Made by a program: the position numbers and the translations under genes. Below, in pieces: positions 33,376 through 42,600 of a stretch of 50,290 bases of DNA. The notes under the pieces were generated by a model. That model worked only from the letters and a program-made list of their open reading frames with translations. It did not search any database and was not told the origin of the DNA. This stretch comes from an uncultured Candidatus Saccharibacteria bacterium. GTDB taxonomy: Bacteria; Patescibacteriota; Minisyncoccia; Sungbacterales; JBBTQR01. The stretch is taken from NCBI GenBank assembly GCA_964365285.1, contig CAYIPF010000002.1, forward strand, positions 1-50,290, written 5' to 3'. Numbering within the stretch: the first letter of the stretch is position 1; every line of letters starts with the position of its first letter.

Positions 33376-34498
33376 CCCACACGCGCCTTATTTTTTCAAG
33401 ATATGTTTTTTCATCAGGCGCATATTTCATAAGCAATTCGTACGCCGAAACCGCATATGTCTGAAATTTTTCATAGCGCTGGCTCGCGTCAAAAATCGCC
33501 TCGGCCATCGCTTCAATGTCTCCAACCGGCACAATAACTCCCGTAACGGCATTTGAAATAACTTCTCCGGCGACACCGACATCTGTCATAATAACGGGCG
33601 TTTTCGCGGCAACCGCCTCAATAATCGTGCGCCCATATCCTTCGTAGGCAGAACTTAACAGAAAAATGTCTGCATCTTTATAGTATGCCGCGAGCTGTTC
33701 AGCTCCGATGGGTTCTTCTATCTTAACATTTTCTGTAAGTCCAAGTTCTCCCATTGCACATTCAATGTTTTTTTTCTCCGAACCGTTTCCGAGAATCAAC
33801 AAAAGCGGGGATTTGCCGACATACCGCCCAAGAACGAGAGCGAATGCGGCAAGCGCGTCTTCAATTCTCTTTTCTCGAGAAAGCCGTCCTGCCATAAGAA
33901 TATAAAAATTATAATGCGGATAGCGAGCGCGAATGAATCCTTTTTCCGCCTTCGCGATGCGAGATATATCAATAAAAATCGGCAAAACATATATGCGGGC
34001 TTTGAATGTGTTGCTTTTGGATTTTAGCGAATTCCATACCCGTTCAGAAACCGCCCGTATCACATCAGCTCGTCTGATCGCCCACGCGTATATGTGATAT
34101 CGCGCGAAATTGAGAAGTGACTCCCGCCTGAAATATGGACTCATAAAATCAGTATGAATTTGCACTTCAAGCGCTATGATGAATTTTCCGCGAAGCCACA
34201 CGCCGAGAGGATGCGTAAACGCGTCCTGTGAGGTTATGAGCCACTCCGATGCGTTTTTTTTCGCAAGAATTTCGCATGCGATTTTATACGCGTCAAAAAG
34301 ATAGAAAAAACGAAATAATGAACAAGTAGAATACGCGAATATATTTTCCGCAATTTCCAATTTCTCAATTTTTTGCAAAGAAAAAACAATGATATGAAGT
34401 TCTTGAACAACACCCCCATATGAGCGCATGCGCAAAAAAGCATCGCTTCCAGCAGAAAGAATATTCCGATCAATACTCAGCATAAGAACCCTTCTCAT
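33350..34498 (-). CDS. GT4-family glycosyltransferase
   Basis: 382 aa. LLSSAYEGYGRTIIEAVAAKTPVIMTDVGVAGEVI. Confidence 0.85.
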   Translation of the reverse strand: MRRVLMLSIDRNILSAGSDAFLRMRSYGGVVQELHIIVFSLQKIEKLEIAENIFAYSTCSLFRFFYLFDAYKIACEILAKKNASEWLITSQDAFTHPLGVWLRGKFIIALEVQIHTDFMSPYFRRESLLNFARYHIYAWAIRRADVIRAVSERVWNSLKSKSNTFKARIYVLPIFIDISRIAKAEKGFIRARYPHYNFYILMAGRLSREKRIEDALAAFALVLGRYVGKSPLLLILGNGSEKKNIECAMGELGLTENVKIEEPIGAEQLAAYYKDADIFLLSSAYEGYGRTIIEAVAAKTPVIMTDVGVAGEVISNAVTGVIVPVGDIEAMAEAIFDASQRYEKFQTYAVSAYELLMKYAPDEKTYLEKIRRVWDEVHYVGK

Positions 34499-34499
34499 A

Positions 34500-36845
34500 T
34501 CATAATAAAAATTTAATAAGCTCGGTTATCATCGTGTCTTCTGTAAACGAAAGGGCGTCTATAATACCGTTTTCAACAAACTTCTTGCGAAGAGATGTGT
34601 TCGCGTAAAGCTCAATGCATGCCTCTACGATTTCTTTTTCATTATTATAAGCAAAAAGAATCCCATTATGACCGTTCCGAATAATTTCCGGATTTCCCCC
34701 CACATTACTCGCGGCAACCGGAATTTTATGCACAAGCGCTTCAATAAGCTGGTGGGAAAATCCTTCATATGAACTGTTTAAAACAAGCACATCAGCCGCG
34801 CTCATATATGTGCGCACAGTGTTCTGGTCAAGTCCGCCCATAAGAAAAACAAATCGTTCAAAATGACGCGCGATGATTAGTTTCTGAAAATTATCTTTTT
34901 CCGGACCATCGCCAATAATATAGAGCACCGCGTCTGGAAACTTCCGCCTCAGCATATCAATCGCGTTCATAACAGAGGGAATGCCCTTCCACGGCACCAG
35001 TCGCGCAATAGAAAGAAACACGGGAATTTTTTGAGAAATTTTTAATTCTTCCCGCGATTCTTCAACGGACATAATGTTGGATTCCAAACACTGTCGCGCG
35101 GGTATCGCGTTATAGATAACTCGTATATTCTTGTCAAAAATACCCCATCCTATCACAATTTTTTTAAGATATTCGCTTGGCGCGATGACGGCATCGGCGC
35201 GCCGAACAAACCAATGCTCTATTTTTCGCATAATCTCAATTCGCGTGCCGTAAGTTTTTTTCTGAAAATCATCCAAAGAATCGGTGATGCCGAAACGCGT
35301 GCTTCCCTGTTCCCACGAATATTCTCCCGTGATGCGAACGATAAATTTTTTACCGGCACATCGCGCGGCCAAAAACGCGGGCAATCCTCCGCCAAACGAA
35401 GCATCGGCAGACAGAACGGCATCGTTAAACCGCGCGCGCCACACACACTGAAGAAAAAACACAGCATGCCGAACGCCTTTAGGATATTTCCGGGAAACTT
35501 TCACGATATCCGCGCCGCCGTACGTATGCGGCTCATTTCGCGCTCCACCATCTCCATATGTCACAACTGAAAGCCGATACCCGCGTTCAGGAAGTTCCCG
35601 CGCAAGAATAGAGCTATAGGTTGCCGACCCGCCGATATCAGGAAGAAAAATCCCAGTCGTAAGAAGAATTTTTTTTGCGTGCGGCAATTCTAAAAATATT
35701 TTATCAAACTCACGCGCGATGATATCCCAAGAATATTTTTCTTCTGCCATTTTTTTACCCTCATCGGCAAGCGCCTGCCTCAATACATTATTATTAAAAA
35801 GTTCTTTGATCTTTTTTGCCAGATCGCCATCATCTTCCGGTTTTACGAAAAGTCCGGTTTTACGGTCAGTAAGAAAATCCGGAATCCCGCCGACTGGAGT
35901 GGCGATAATGGGTAGCCCAGCCGCCATTGCCTCCAAAAACGCGCTCCCAAGGCCCTCAGAGCGCGATGGACGCACAAAAACATCGCTTACGGCAAAATAG
36001 CGAGGCACCTCATTCTGCTCAACATTTCCGGCAAATATAACTGAAAGCCCGTTCTCCAATGCGTATTTTTCAAGCCGTTCTTTTTCGGGACCAAAGCCAA
36101 GCAAAAGCACGGCAAACTCCTCGCCTTCATTTTTAAGTCGTTGAACCGCCCGCAAAAGAATGTCTATTCCGTTTTTAGGAACAAGACGAGACGCGCTTAC
36201 AATCACAGGCACCCTATCTCGAATGCCAAGTTTTTGCCGAAATTCACGCGAATCATTATCGAAAATTTCTCGTGAAAAAATTGACAGATCAACGCCGTTG
36301 GGAATAATTTCAATGCGATGCGAAGGCGCGCCCTCATGAATACAAAAATCTTTCAAATACGAAGAGATAACCTGAACTTTGTCCGCATATCGAAAAACCA
36401 TCCGCCACAAAGGCAAAAAAATACCGGCGCGCACATGCGCGTATTCCGGCGTGTCGCCCTCCTGAATTGTAAGAAAAAATGGGACGCGCGGAAAACAAAA
36501 TTTGAGAAATAAAACCGGCGCGGAAGCGCGAGACGCCATCAGCGACCAAAAAATTGAATACCGATTCTGTCGATGAAGAAAAAAACCCTTCAAAGACGCA
36601 AAAAATATAAAAAGAAATTTTTCAAATGTTCGTCCATAATACGCATCGCCAAAACGACCAATGCAAACGCGAAAAACACGCACATTACCAATGCGCTCTT
36701 CTTTTTGCCACCGCCGATCAAAGCGGTAGGTAATGAGATCGAAATCATAATTCGGAAGACGATCTGTTATGTCTTTGACCGCAAGTTCAGCGCCCCCAAC
36801 GAAAGGAATATACGCCAAACTTACAATGAGAATCTTTTGCTTCAT
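34500..36845 (-). CDS. tandem double GT4 glycosyltransferase (two complete GT-B modules fused)
   Basis: 781 aa. First module RPSRSEGLGSAFLEAMAAGLPIIATPVGGIPDFL. Second module NSSYEGFSHQLIEALVHKIPVAASNVGGNPEII. Confidence 0.85.
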   Translation of the reverse strand: MKQKILIVSLAYIPFVGGAELAVKDITDRLPNYDFDLITYRFDRRWQKEERIGNVRVFRVCIGRFGDAYYGRTFEKFLFIFFASLKGFFLHRQNRYSIFWSLMASRASAPVLFLKFCFPRVPFFLTIQEGDTPEYAHVRAGIFLPLWRMVFRYADKVQVISSYLKDFCIHEGAPSHRIEIIPNGVDLSIFSREIFDNDSREFRQKLGIRDRVPVIVSASRLVPKNGIDILLRAVQRLKNEGEEFAVLLLGFGPEKERLEKYALENGLSVIFAGNVEQNEVPRYFAVSDVFVRPSRSEGLGSAFLEAMAAGLPIIATPVGGIPDFLTDRKTGLFVKPEDDGDLAKKIKELFNNNVLRQALADEGKKMAEEKYSWDIIAREFDKIFLELPHAKKILLTTGIFLPDIGGSATYSSILARELPERGYRLSVVTYGDGGARNEPHTYGGADIVKVSRKYPKGVRHAVFFLQCVWRARFNDAVLSADASFGGGLPAFLAARCAGKKFIVRITGEYSWEQGSTRFGITDSLDDFQKKTYGTRIEIMRKIEHWFVRRADAVIAPSEYLKKIVIGWGIFDKNIRVIYNAIPARQCLESNIMSVEESREELKISQKIPVFLSIARLVPWKGIPSVMNAIDMLRRKFPDAVLYIIGDGPEKDNFQKLIIARHFERFVFLMGGLDQNTVRTYMSAADVLVLNSSYEGFSHQLIEALVHKIPVAASNVGGNPEIIRNGHNGILFAYNNEKEIVEACIELYANTSLRKKFVENGIIDALSFTEDTMITELIKFLL

Positions 36846-38419
36846 GAAAGAAACATTTTGCGCGCAAAAAAGAATCCGAGTGCGGCAAGTATACTCACAA
36901 ACACAGCAACACCAAAATACATTCCCGCGTTACTTCCGATCATGGCAAGCTGATCATTTTTAGAAACCACTCGAGGTGCCTCTTGTGAAATCTCTTGCTT
37001 TTTCTCTTTTGTCTCTTGCGAAATATTTTTGATCGTTGATTCTTCTATCAGCAACACGCCGTGTTGCTGATTTTTTTGCCCGTTCGCAACGATTACCGTG
37101 GGCGTTTTCAAGCTTGCTTTTAACGGCGCGCCCTTCGGCAACGGATCATCCAACACCCCTGGCGATGATCTATTCGCAAGACGCCATGAACCATCGGGAA
37201 ACGATAGAAAACTGCCCTCATTTTCAGGCACTCCATTCACTATAACACGCCCAGCCATAAGTAAGTTTGGATAAAAAAATGCTATCTGTTCGCCAACAAT
37301 CCCCGCGACATCGAGCGCTGTCACTTCCGCAGAAAAAGCGACTGCCGAACGGCCGTTGATTTTAGTTCCAGAAGGAATAACAAACTTCGCGCCACTCGTC
37401 TCGTTTCGCATTATCCATGATCCGATATCAAGAGTAGAGCCCGAAGTATTGGCGATTTCAATAAAACCGTTTTTTCCCGCAACGACTTCGCTGATAAATA
37501 CCGGATTGGGAACCGCCGTCACAGTCGCATAATCAGAAACGGCTTCGTATTCAGACGAAACAGAAAGCGCCACAAGATATGTCCCAGGAAATCGGAACAC
37601 ACGAACAACAGAACGGCCTTCGCCAATTGTTCCGTCTCCAAAGTTCCACAAAAACCGTCCTCCATCGAGCGGCTTTCCATCAAACCCCAAAACCCGCCCA
37701 AAAAAACGCGCCTCCGCTCCGGCAATAACGGTCTGGTCATCTCCCGCTGAAACGGTAAACCGCGGCTTAACAGTCGGCGACGAAAGATCGCCAGACGATC
37801 CTTCACTTGAAGATTGCGCGGTTCCGTTATTTGTCGCTGGAACTCCTGCATCGGTTCCGCCGTTATTTTGAGATTTTGCACTACTGCCGGGTGTTGGGCT
37901 ATCCGCAATCCATTGTCCATTTTGAAATTGCAGTGATTTTCCATCACCAGCGGCGCCCCATGAACTCAAGTATGAAACGCTGCTCCATACCACGCCCGCG
38001 GAACCAATTTTTAAGCCGATATGTTGAGCAGTATTTGAAAAACTTATAGCAGACGCGACAAAGATCGTCCCGCCATATGAAGGAAATAACGACTTAAAAA
38101 TCGCTCCGTCTTGAGCAATAATCGCAAAATCTCCCGAGGAAATCGTGCTGTTGCCCTGATACGGATCCGTTGCCAATGTATGATTATGTTTAGCGCTTCC
38201 ATGCTCTTCATACACGCGCATACTTTCGTCATTTGAACCAGTTGGAATCACTACGAGACCAACTCCGTCATTATGGATCTCTATCCATTCTCGATCAGCA
38301 TCGGAACCGTCAAGATCATACATAATCTCGGTTATGGAGAGATCGGAAAGCGCCGCCATACCTTTGTATGGATACAACGCCACAATCAGCGCACATAAAA
38401 AAAGCATAAATAGTTTCAT
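36842..38419 (-). CDS. secreted/anchored protein with two lamin-tail (LTD) domains and a PKD domain
   Basis: The track start at 38443 is a TTG, so I use the ATG at 38417-38419 (MKLFMLFLCALIVALYPYKGMA signal peptide). LTD-like ITEIMYDLDGSDADREWIEIHN and ISEVVAGKNGFIEIAN. PKD-like FLWNFGDGTIGEGRSVVRVFRFPGTYLVALSV. C-terminal TM helix. Its stop overlaps the start of the double GT4 gene. Confidence 0.7.
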   Translation of the reverse strand: MKLFMLFLCALIVALYPYKGMAALSDLSITEIMYDLDGSDADREWIEIHNDGVGLVVIPTGSNDESMRVYEEHGSAKHNHTLATDPYQGNSTISSGDFAIIAQDGAIFKSLFPSYGGTIFVASAISFSNTAQHIGLKIGSAGVVWSSVSYLSSWGAAGDGKSLQFQNGQWIADSPTPGSSAKSQNNGGTDAGVPATNNGTAQSSSEGSSGDLSSPTVKPRFTVSAGDDQTVIAGAEARFFGRVLGFDGKPLDGGRFLWNFGDGTIGEGRSVVRVFRFPGTYLVALSVSSEYEAVSDYATVTAVPNPVFISEVVAGKNGFIEIANTSGSTLDIGSWIMRNETSGAKFVIPSGTKINGRSAVAFSAEVTALDVAGIVGEQIAFFYPNLLMAGRVIVNGVPENEGSFLSFPDGSWRLANRSSPGVLDDPLPKGAPLKASLKTPTVIVANGQKNQQHGVLLIEESTIKNISQETKEKKQEISQEAPRVVSKNDQLAMIGSNAGMYFGVAVFVSILAALGFFFARKMFLS

Positions 38420-38428
38420 TTCTAAAAT

Positions 38429-38587
38429 AGACCCACTGCACAATTATTTTCGTAACGAAATTTTCATAGTTTGAGCGAGACGGTCTAAACATTCGAAGCA
38501 TATACGGTGTATCTGTTGAGAATGTTTGGCAAAGTCGGAGCCAAACATAGGGAAATTGCAGTAGAACAATAATTGCGTAGTGGGTCT
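38429..38587. repeat. S element, copy B
   Basis: Homologous to copy A and in the same orientation. Shares TTGAGCGAGACG, GAAGCATATAC(R)G(Y)GTATCTGTTGA and GCAAAGTCG(S)AGCCAA. The inner stem CTAAACATTC/GAATGTTTGG and the outer 19 bp of the terminal arms (GACCCACTGCACAATTATT) are paired. TA dinucleotides flank the element. Confidence 0.85.
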
Positions 38588-38619
38588 AAGATAACAAACA
38601 AAACCATAAAATCAAATTC

Positions 38620-38654
38620 AAAAACCGTTCCACAGCATATGTGGAACGGTTTTT
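38620..38654 (-). terminator. bidirectional rho-independent terminator after the TPR gene
   Basis: Stem CCGTTCCACA / TGTGGAACGG with a 5-nt loop, flanked by A5 and T5. Confidence 0.8.
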
Positions 38655-38668
38655 GCTATATTTTTTTG

Positions 38669-39373
38669 CTATAGCTTGCCATAACTCTCAAGCATCTTTT
38701 GAAGATTTCCGGAATTCATTGGATTTTTTTCTATTCCAATTTTCAAAACCGCTTTTGCTTTTTCGTCATTTTTTAGCACAAAACGATAAAACTCGGAAAA
38801 ATTCCCATACACCTGAATCTGATCGGGACCGACTTCAATTGCCTTTTTGAATGTCGCCTCCGCTTTCACCGGATCTTTAAGATCAAATACGTACAAATTG
38901 GCAAGGTTCCCGTACGCAATCGGGTTTTTTGGAAATACCGCAATAAGATATTCCCACACCTCTTTCGCGCCGACAAAATCATTAATCTGATTTCTCAATA
39001 TACCCAAACTAAGCCAATCTTCCATTGATTCTGGATTCTTTTGTAAAACATCAATTACCTTCATAAATCTTCCCAGTATAAGCACCTTCCCTTCAACGCC
39101 AAACGGATCCGGAACAGCAATCGGACGACTAAGTGATGGTGTTTTTATGCTTTGAACGGGAGTCGGCGGCGCTTCAAAACTCGGTTTATTGTTTTGTTTG
39201 TTTTCGGTATTATTTTTAGCGCTATCAAAACTATCGGAAGTCAAGCCTCCGATAATCGGTTGCTTTGGAATATTTTTGCTTTTAAAAAAGTAAACGAAAA
39301 TACCCGCTCCAACAATAATAAGAAACGCGACAATAATACTCATTTGAATCTTTCTTGTAAACATAAGTGACAT
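38669..39373 (-). CDS. membrane-anchored TPR-repeat protein
   Basis: 234 aa. N-terminal TM helix IIVAFLIIVGAGIFVYFF. TPR-like AKEVWEYLIAVFPKNPIAYGNLANLY and AEATFKKAIEVGPDQIQVYGNFSEFY. Confidence 0.65.
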   Translation of the reverse strand: MSLMFTRKIQMSIIVAFLIIVGAGIFVYFFKSKNIPKQPIIGGLTSDSFDSAKNNTENKQNNKPSFEAPPTPVQSIKTPSLSRPIAVPDPFGVEGKVLILGRFMKVIDVLQKNPESMEDWLSLGILRNQINDFVGAKEVWEYLIAVFPKNPIAYGNLANLYVFDLKDPVKAEATFKKAIEVGPDQIQVYGNFSEFYRFVLKNDEKAKAVLKIGIEKNPMNSGNLQKMLESYGKL

Positions 39374-39573
39374 AGTATCAAATTTTCAAAAAAAATCAAT
39401 TACATTTACATTCGCTCTGCTGAGCTCAGTACTTTTCGCCTTTTCGGCGAAACACGGGGAAATTCTTTGCGCTCGTCGAGGACTCCTCGTTAAATTTCCC
39501 GCTCGAAATGAAGCAGTTCATTTCGAGCCTCACTCCCGTTCGGTCGCGCCTTCGCTCCTCAATCGCATATAAC

Positions 39574-39599
39574 AAAACACCCCCTTACGGGGGTGTTTT
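39574..39599 (-). terminator. rho-independent terminator after the giant surface-protein gene
   Basis: AAAACACCCCC TTAC GGGGGTGTTTT. The hairpin is perfect and U-rich on both sides. Confidence 0.85.
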
Positions 39600-39656
39600 G
39601 GCTAGCCTCTCCTGCGCTAAAACAAGTAAAGCGCGAGGGAGAGCACAAGTGCTAGA

Positions 39657-42600
39657 TTATTGAGTCAAGATCGATTGATTCATGTTTGTCGTCGGAAGTC
39701 CCGGCAAGCCATAACCAGTCGTGTAATCGTTTGCGGTTACACCTTGGGTTGTGGTCGTTGAGAACGGTCTCCACACAAAGTCCTTGTCACCCGACGAAAG
39801 AATATAAGTCGTGGTGGCCATATATGTACCCTGTGAAGTTCCACTCGTTAGACTTGAGACGGTTTTTGAATCACCCTGTACCTGAGTTGCAACGCTGAAC
39901 TGCGTACCAGCAGTTGTTGCATCGCCACGAATAACGAAGTAACGGGTCTGACCAGCCGGCACTACAACCGTTGTAGATGCGTTTGAGGCATCCGCCGCGC
40001 CAATCGTGAGATTGGTTGAAGCTGAAGCCCAACTAGCCGAGATATCCAAGTTACCCTGTTGCATCGCGCCATCCGTCTGAATGCCTGATACCGGTGTTGC
40101 ATATGTTGAATCAGTAAATGCGTAAACATTAAGACCATCAATCATGTCAACCTGTTGGGTTGCCGATGATGTCGCGATACGGAATGTGACATGGTAGATG
40201 CCCACATCACCCGCGCTATTTGCCGACACATTAAAGCGGAAGAGGTCACGGCGTCCCGCAGTAAGCTTCGTGTCGCTCAACGCGACAGAAGAAACTGTTG
40301 GGTACGACTTATAGATAACTACACCCGCTGAAGCTGTATCGGTACCTGTCGTACGAATCGTTGTACCACTGGATACTCCAGCCGCTTCGGTGGCAAGATT
40401 TGCCTCTCCGTCCCAATCAACATGGACACGCGATCCTGGTGTACCGATTTGTGAAGTGCCCTGTGCAGAAAAGTCCGCCTTGACCGTAAGCACCTTTGAG
40501 GTGTCTTTGTCAATTCTAACCGCGGATGTGAAGGTTGAGGTTGCAAAATCCGGATTAACTCCTGATGGAGTGAAAATCGCCTCGCCAACCTTGATTGCTC
40601 CATCCCATACCGTCAATTTCACTAGATCAGACGGCGAGTTGGAAGCAGTATTGGAAAGCTGAAGTCCGACCGACTTCAAATCCATTGCCTCGTTTACTGT
40701 CGTAAAGCGAAGGGTTGCTACAGTGTTGCCTGTTGAACCAGCGGTTGCCACAGCGAATGCCGGGCTTGAAGAATCAAGCGCGACTGTGAATGTACCGCCA
40801 GATGTTAATGTCATTAACTGTCCCGCTGAATCACTTTCAGCAACAGTAACTGATTGTCCTGAAGTAAGGCCTGTTGCAGTCGGTGAAGAAGCAGAATCAT
40901 ATCCCCACGCATAGGTTCCTGAAGCGCCTGACGCGATATTGCACTTCAAGGTAAGCGTTTTGATAGTTCCTTTCGTAACAGTCATGCCGGAGCCGTCAAG
41001 TGTAAATATAGTTGACGAAGCGGCAGCCGATGGATTCACGATATTTGAACCACTGGTTACTGATGTTGCTCCATCATAGAGCTGACAAGAAGTAAGGTTT
41101 GTGGCTCCTGATGCCGCATTGTATTCAATCGGCAATGAAGGCAAACGAACATCTTCCCCTGAAGCAGAGGCATCAAGCTGGTAATTCGCGAAAGTAAATT
41201 GATTACCTCCGGCGACAACCGTCTGTGCGACTGGATCGGTAGATACGCTCAACGCGAGCGATGCTGATTTTGCAGTCATCGTGCTCAAACTAACAGCGGA
41301 GCTCGGGGTCGGGGCAATGGTCTCATTTGTGATCTGACCACGAACCGTAGTCCACTGCGTTGAAGGAGTTGACGAAACTTGAATTGTGCCGTTATTTGAC
41401 CATCCTGATGGTGTTTTACCTTTTACCGTATAAGTTCCTTTTCCTATTGGGAAAGTAACAGTGTCTGTAAAGGTAAGCGTTGCATCGTCGCCGTTATTGT
41501 CATCAACTGGACCGGCAACGATAGCGCCGGATGAATTGTAGATTGCTACGCTCGTCAACTGGCCAATGCCTGTTGAAGTTGTCGCAATGTTGAAAATCAT
41601 CTTTGCAACTGAAACCGGCTCACCGCGAACTTCAACACTAAACCCGCCCAATACCTGGTTTGAAAGATTAACCGCGATATTTTGTGCTTGAATAGCTGTT
41701 GCGTTCTCAACATTCAATGATCCCTTGCCTACAGTAACCTGTGAAGCAAAGTACCAAGGATTGGTTGATGTAAAGCCTGTTCCTGATGTCGGAGGAGTAA
41801 TCCCGTAACCATAGGTTTCTCCTGAAACTGCGAGGTCCGTGGTTCGGTAGAGATCAAACTTTACAGTTCGATTTGCTCCGCCCATGATATCGCCCTTTAT
41901 ATAGATTTCTGCTGACATGCCTTTATCCAAGACCATGCCAGAGCCGAACTTTGAAGTATAGTATTTGCCGTCCGCTGAAGCGACCGCATCATACTCTGTG
42001 CCGTCAAAAACGGTCTTTACATTCGCAACATCTCCAACTCCAGCGGAACCAACCTGATTCCAACGAATTGAAGTGATGCGAACTTTTTCCTGTGAACCCG
42101 CAGTTACGCGGACAGAAGTGAATTTGAATGCTGTTTTTCCAATATCTTCAGTCGTTGTTGCAACAGTTTTGAATGAACCGGTCTGAACTGTTACCGAGCC
42201 GAGCGTCAACGATGCGTTCATTGTCATTCCGTTTCCAACGATTGGAAGCGAGCCGTAAACCATCACTGAACCCGCATCAACTCCGACTAATGCCAAACGA
42301 ATAATCTGTCCCGCTACAGACGATGAGTCTGATGACGGGCGAGACGCGCCTAATGTCATTGTTCGCGAAGTTCCCGCTTTAACTGTAAAAACTTCGTTCA
42401 ACATTACCTGATGATTTGAGTTTAATGTCTTGCCGAGGCCCACCTGAATACCATTCTCATCCAAGAGAACGACTTCGGAGAGAGCCGCGTCAACACCAAC
42501 GCCTTGACGCTCAACGGTCAATGATTTGACCATTACATCTCCGTCAGAAGAAGCCGTGAGAACGACTTTAGTGAACGGAATGCGTGCCGCACTATTTGGC

